Positions 58,468 to 64,000 of a DNA stretch of 64,000 nucleotides are shown here, piece after piece. The translations under genes were made by a program, and so were the position numbers. Under the pieces are notes generated by a model that ran no database searches, was not told where the DNA came from, and saw only the letters and a program-made list of their open reading frames with translations. Origin of the DNA: Octopus vulgaris (lineage: Eukaryota); contig OX597831.1 in assembly GCA_951406725.2 (NCBI GenBank), forward strand, positions 4,836,001 through 4,900,000. The letters are read 5' to 3'. Position 1 is the first letter of the stretch; each line of letters starts with the position of its first letter.

Positions 58468-58785
58468 CAGCAGTTCTTAATTGGGGTTTGTATGACCCTG
58501 GGGATTCCATATTTGATTTTGTTCTTAAAATTTATCTGCAATAAATTGGTTATTCCTCAACAATACAAAAATATATTTTAACAATTCTTTATTCTGTTCA
58601 ATCAAATGTCCGTCAAATGTAAATAATGTAAACAATGTAAATAATTCTTTATATAGTTCTTAACAATATTTAATTATGAATATACAATAAGGTTTCTTTT
58701 TAACATCGAATGGCTATGAGGGTCCACCCGAATATAATAGTAATGAAAGGGGTCCATAAGTGGAAAAAATGGCTGAGTACCCTTG
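58468..58785. mobile_element. Degenerate hAT (Charlie-like) MITE
   Basis: Ends cagcagttcttaa...ggctgagtacccttg resemble CAGTGGTTCTCAA TIRs; subterminal gggtcca motifs. Confidence 0.5.
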
Positions 58786-58939
58786 ATTTAAAGGATCAAA
58801 TGTTTCAGCTAAATATGAATAATTTCAAAAGAAATTAAATATTTTATGGTTCTCTAGAAACTTCCATGGAATTTCCATAGGTACTGCTCTCTCTCTTTCT
58901 CTCTCTCACCCTTCTTCTCTCTCTCTCTCTCTCACTCTA

Positions 58940-59530
58940 TGAATCCTTTACCTGACAACAGTATTTTCATACGTTTGTCCAAACCGTCTGTGCTTCATTC
59001 CAGATATTTTCTTTGCCCTTCTTTCGTAGTTACAGAACGCTTTCCTTTCATAATTCCCAAGCTAATCTGGTGGTTGAATAAAATCTGGAATTGTATCCTA
59101 TATGATGCATGGACGGTAGAGCAATATGTCCTATCATATGTAATACAGGCAAAGAGTTAAACAACAGGCAAAGAGTTAAACAACAAAGTCAATAATTTAT
59201 TATTGTTTATTATTTGCCACAAGGGCAATAGAAGAGAAAACACTACAAGGACACTCAATAAATTTCTCCTGAAATACAACAAATAATTAACCCTTTGCTA
59301 TCCACAGCATTTTCACAAATTTGTCCAAACATCATGCTGGTTTTCAGATTTTTAGATTGCCCTTGTTTCATAATATCTGAGTCATATGGAGACTTCTTTC
59401 CACATGTCCCAAGTTCCTCTGGCAATTGAATAAAAAATTTCTAATATTTATCTATCATATATGATGCATGGACGGCCAAGGAAAATATGTCCTGTGAGTC
59501 ACATATGATACAGGGGACAAAAGGTTGGCA
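58940..59530. mobile_element. Two diverged copies of a piggyBac-like MITE (about 58940-59160 and 59287-59530)
   Basis: Shared tttgtccaaac...tatatgatgcatggacgg...aatatgtcct...atacagg; TTAACCCTTT start and caaagagTTAA end. Confidence 0.45.
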
Positions 59531-59812
59531 TGGCTTAACATAAAGCAACAGTTGTTAGTTAATCCTCAACCAGCTAAGGTCAGTCCAGATCAAAGAGAAA
59601 TAAAATTATATAATAGTTTCAGCCATGACCATGATACTTAACTTTAAAGGCACTACATCCAAGGTCGTCTTATCCCAATCGTCTTCCTCTTTTTAAGCAA
59701 CAGGACGATAGTTGAGTTTTGGTATGTTGCACTTTACACCTTAAAGCTACCTTAACCTCATCTAAGCACTGATGGGTCATATCATCTGGGGAGAGTCCAG
59801 TACGTACATACA

Positions 59813-59876
<64 letters not shown>

Positions 59877-59989
59877 AGTAGGTGAATGAATTATCCTATG
59901 TTTATCGTCAGCATGGAAAATTCATTATCGATGTGATCACCATGTAAGCAATCATCGAAATTTTTGTTCGTCTTGTGGTTGAGAGAGGC

Positions 59990-60085
59990 TCCTTATCTTT
60001 CCTGATGAGAAGATTGCATAATGTACCTTTTATTCCTTCGGAATAAAAATATGCTGTCTTCGAAACATATGTCGAGAGTAAAGGA
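59990..60085 (+). ncRNA. Type I hammerhead ribozyme, canonical core, extended helix II (family X)
   Basis: ctttc-CTGATGA(60002-08)-GAAGA...TCTTC-GAAAC(60062-66)-ATAT-GTC(60071-73)-gagag. Helix I is ctttc/gagag, extended by tcctt/aagga past a 2x2 internal loop. Helix III is the palindrome ACATATGT. Helix II holds gcata/tatgc and ttttattcc/ggaataaaa. Confidence 0.85.
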
Positions 60086-60250
60086 ATTTTGTTAACATCG
60101 TTCGACTCCATTCTTTCATTCATATATATATATATATATATATATACCGGAGTAAGCAAATAAAATGAGACGAGGTGGAAAAAAATAGCACTCGAATAAA
60201 AGACGTAGAGGAATGTGCTATATTAAAAAGCAGCAAAAACACCACAAAAT

Positions 60251-60341
60251 CTGTTACTCAGTGTTTCACGTTCCCGTTCACCGGACAGTTTTTCCAAACA
60301 AAACCGTCCGACGAACGGGAACGTGAAACACTGAGTAACAG
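60251..60341. ncRNA. Back-to-back pair of hammerhead-like motifs forming an inverted repeat
   Basis: Perfect 29-bp arms at 60251-79 and 60313-41. + strand: ccgt-CCGACGA-ACG-GGAA-CGT-GAAAC-ACTGA-GTA-acag. - strand: ctgt-CCGGTGA-ACG-GGAA-CGT-GAAAC-ACTGA-GTA-acag. Confidence 0.6.
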
Positions 60342-60359
60342 TATTTTTGATATTTTTAT

Positions 60360-60403
<44 letters not shown>

Positions 60404-60487
60404 CAGAGTACGCACGTAAAATGCGAAAAAGGTGGAAAAAATAGTACTCGAATACCGGAGGTAGAGTAATATGCTTTATTAATAAAG

Positions 60488-60523
<36 letters not shown>

Positions 60524-60860
60524 TGCACTCTTGTTTTGGGTTCAGTTTTTCCTGCATGCATCACAAAAACAGTTCATATTTTGATGAGCTCTGTCTGCAA
60601 ACTTAAATGGCGGCATGGAGAATCATCTTATATGTGTATGTGTGTATGTGTGTGTGTGTGTGCACGTGCGTGTGTGTAATTATATATATAATTACACGCA
60701 CGCGAACACCCACATACACATACACATGCGCTATTGACATGCTTTTTTGTTATTCGTTAAATAAGAAATTTTATGAATAACGACCGTATTTGTATATCTT
60801 CAAAAATTAATCATCATTTAACCCAAATTGCTATAAGGCAAACATATATATATATATATA

Positions 60861-61255
60861 CTCTTTTACTTCTTTCAGTCATTTGACTGCGGCCATGCTG
60901 GAGCACCGCCTTTAATCGAGCGACTCGACACCGGGACTTATTCTTTTGTAAGCCTAGTACTTATTCTATCGGTCTCTTTTGCCGAACCGCTAAGTAACGG
61001 GGACATAAACACACCAGCATCGGTTGTCAAGCAATGCTAGGGGACAAACACAGACACACAAACATACACACGCATATATATATACATATATACGACGGGC
61101 TTCTTTCAGTTTCCGTCTACCAAATCCACTCACAAGGCAATGGTCGGCCCGGGGTTATAGCAGAAGACACTTGCCCAAGATGCCACGCAGTGGGACTGAA
61201 CCCGGAGCCATGTGGTTGGTTAGCAAGCTACTTACCACACAGCCACTCCTGCGTC
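60861..61255 (-). mobile_element. Full-length SINE family A
   Basis: Reverse-complement match to 23010-23490 over head, body and tail. Confidence 0.9.
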
Positions 61256-61787
61256 TTGGATAATATAGCTATTTTCTTTTCAATTTTTTTTTTTCCATTT
61301 ATAAGACTTGTATCACTCTGTACATAGTATATTATGACTAGACTAAGCCAAGCAATTTTATCTTTTGTTTTGTAAATGAAAATATCTTTGTATTAATTTT
61401 GAAAAAAATTAATCGCGATTTAAGGACCTCGAAGTATATAGTTTAAGGTATGCTTATTTCTAATTAATACAACTTAATTAAAAACATGTGGGTCTTATGT
61501 TAAATCTTAAATTTACTCATATTTCAAGAGAAATATTTTCTAAGTTAAGTAGAAACTAATATGAGATAATAGCGCGGTGATACCGGTGCAGATTCGGTAT
61601 AATTTAGTTGATCAGAAAAAGCCTTTACTTAGAAATTCTAATTGAGACAGATAAATCTATAAGTAGTCAGTTTTTTTTCTTCATTTATCCGCAATTAAAT
61701 ACGGGATTATAAACATATGTCTTATTAATGGTGCTACAACGACTTGGGTTTCTTAAATACCAAAGTTGGATTAGATGCATGGAGAAA

Positions 61788-61796
61788 TTATTATTA

Positions 61797-61852
<56 letters not shown>

Positions 61853-61869
61853 ATTATTATTATTATTAA

Positions 61870-61921
<52 letters not shown>

Positions 61922-61935
61922 ATTATTATCATTGA

Positions 61936-61998
<63 letters not shown>
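61788..61998. repeat. (TTA)n microsatellite
   Basis: Direct. Confidence 0.97.
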
Positions 61999-61999
<1 letters not shown>

Positions 62000-62536
62000 T
62001 GATAGAATAAATAAAAAAGGAAAAACTCAGGGTGGAATAATTTAAGAGAGGATTATGATTTTTAATAGACAAAATTTAATTGGGTTAAAACAAGAGTTTC
62101 TGTACAATATTCTGAGGATATCTATATCGAATATTAATTGATTAAATATCGATAAAAAACAAAGAAAGGATTTATGCACATGCATGGCGCAATTTTTAGA
62201 GCATCGGTATCACAATTATGAGGTAGTGAGTTCAAATCCTGGACCAGGTTGTGTGTTTTCTTCTTGAGCAAGACACTTTATTTCACGTCGCTCCAGTTCA
62301 CTCAGCTGTAGAAATGAGTTGCGACGTCGCTGGTGCCAAGCTGTATCGGCCCCTTTGCCTTTCTCTTGGATAACATCAGTGACGTGTAGGGGTAAAGCTG
62401 GTATGCATGGACGGCTGCTGGTCTTCTATAAGCAACCTTACTCGGACTTGTGTCTCATAGGAGAACTTTCGAGGTACAAACCCATGGTAATTCATGACCG
62501 AAGGGAGTTTTTACCCTTTATTGTGTTTAGCTATTT

Positions 62537-62764
62537 AAACGGTTGTTTGGTAATTAATTACTTCCCAACCATATGGTTTCAGGTTCAATCCCATTGTGTG
62601 GCACCTTGGACAAGTGTCTTCTGCTATAGTCCCGGGTCGACCAAAGCTTTGTGAGTAGATTTCGTAGACGGAAACTGAAAGAAGCCCGTCATGCATACAT
62701 GCATACATACATTCATATATATATATATAGAAGTATGTGTATATATATGTGTGTGTATATATAT

Positions 62765-62815
<51 letters not shown>

Positions 62816-63075
62816 CATATATACCTAAGTGTGTGTCTTTGTGTCCGTGTTTGTCCCTCACCACCGTTAGACAACCGCAGTTGTTTGTCCCCATAACTTA
62901 GCGGTTTGGCCAAAAGGAAACCGATAGAATAAGTACCAAACTTTACAAAAAGAAAAAAACAAAACCACTACCAGAGATAAGTACCGGAGATCGATTTGTT
63001 TGACTAAACCCCAAACCCTCAATGCGGTGCTGCAGCATGGCCGCAATCCAATGACTGAATCCAGTAAAAAAGTAA
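62537..63075 (+). mobile_element. Diverged SINE family A
   Basis: Head, internal microsatellite and tail all recognisable. Confidence 0.8.
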
Positions 63076-63554
63076 AAGATAAAAGATAGAAGATAAATGA
63101 TGGTATTGATTACAGGTAGCTTTTTAGATTTAATTGGTGGATATGTTAAATGTAAAACATCTGTTTATTATATATTATTACATGAAGTACAAGGTTAATA
63201 CACAGACATACACTACACACACACACACTACACACACACACTCACACACACACACACACACACTCACATACACTACACACACACACACACACACACACTA
63301 CACTACACACACACGCACACACATACACACACACACACACACACACAGACTCACGAAGGATATCAAAAATCGAAAGTCTAAGCAAGAATAGGTGAAATGA
63401 TATTAAAATGTAGAATTTATAATTGCGAGTGTTATTAATAAAACTAATGTTGGGGATAGAAACGGAATAAGTAAGTACCACAGACTTTCCCGCCTCTCAA
63501 ACTACACTTCATTGCCAAATACATCTCCAGCGGTTTTGCAGAGTCGTTTCTTTA

Positions 63555-63931
63555 TCCTCCTCCTCCTGTTCCTCCTCCTCCTCCTGTTCCTCCTCCTCCT
63601 GTTCCTCGTCCTCGTCCTCCTCGTCCTCGTCCTCCTCCTCCTCTTTTTTCCTCCTTCTTTTCCTATTCCTACTCCTCCTGTTCCTCCTTCTCCTCTTGTT
63701 CCTTCTCCTCCTCTTGTTCCTCCTCCTCCTCCTGTTCCTCCTCCTCCTGTTCCTCCTCCTCCTGGTCCTCCGCCTCCTGGTCCTCCGCCTCCTGGTCCTC
63801 CGCCTCCTGGTCCTCCGCCTCCTGGTCCTCCGCCTCCTGGTCATCCTCCACTTCCTGATCCTCCTCCTCCTGTCCCCTCTCCTCCTCATGTTCCCCCTCC
63901 TCCTACTGCACTTCCTGTCCCTCATCCTCCT
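63555..63931. repeat. (TCC)n tract with 15-bp unit cctggtcctccgcct x5
   Basis: Direct. Confidence 0.92.
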
Positions 63932-64000
63932 ACGAACAACGATAGCTCCGTGAGCGGTACATTCATGGACACCACCCCACGCACACACACACACACGCAC

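Overview
Eukaryotic, AT-rich, gene-poor DNA (intergenic or deep intronic) with extreme microsatellite density. The tRNA-headed SINE families resemble octopus SINEs, so a coleoid cephalopod source (probably Octopus) is inferred. I can support no intact host protein-coding gene; almost all ORFs in the track are translations of microsatellites. The window contains: at least four SINE families (dozens of copies), an 8 x ~180-bp SINE-derived tandem array, mariner/Tc1, hAT, piggyBac-like and Helitron/Helentron relics, a solo LTR, and fragments of CR1-group, R4/Dong, CRE and Penelope-like (PLE) retrotransposons. The most notable signal is a set of short non-coding repeats, mostly lodged in (TA)n/(TG)n tracts, that carry type I hammerhead ribozyme (HHR) motifs of four distinct sequence families (11 motifs, plus degenerate ones). 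These include a canonical-core HHR with an unusually long helix II, a recurrent U4C-core variant and a back-to-back pair. This fits PLE-derived, retrozyme-like non-autonomous elements. Many fold-back inverted repeats are also present. All folds and alignments were done by eye, and SINE/relic boundaries are approximate.
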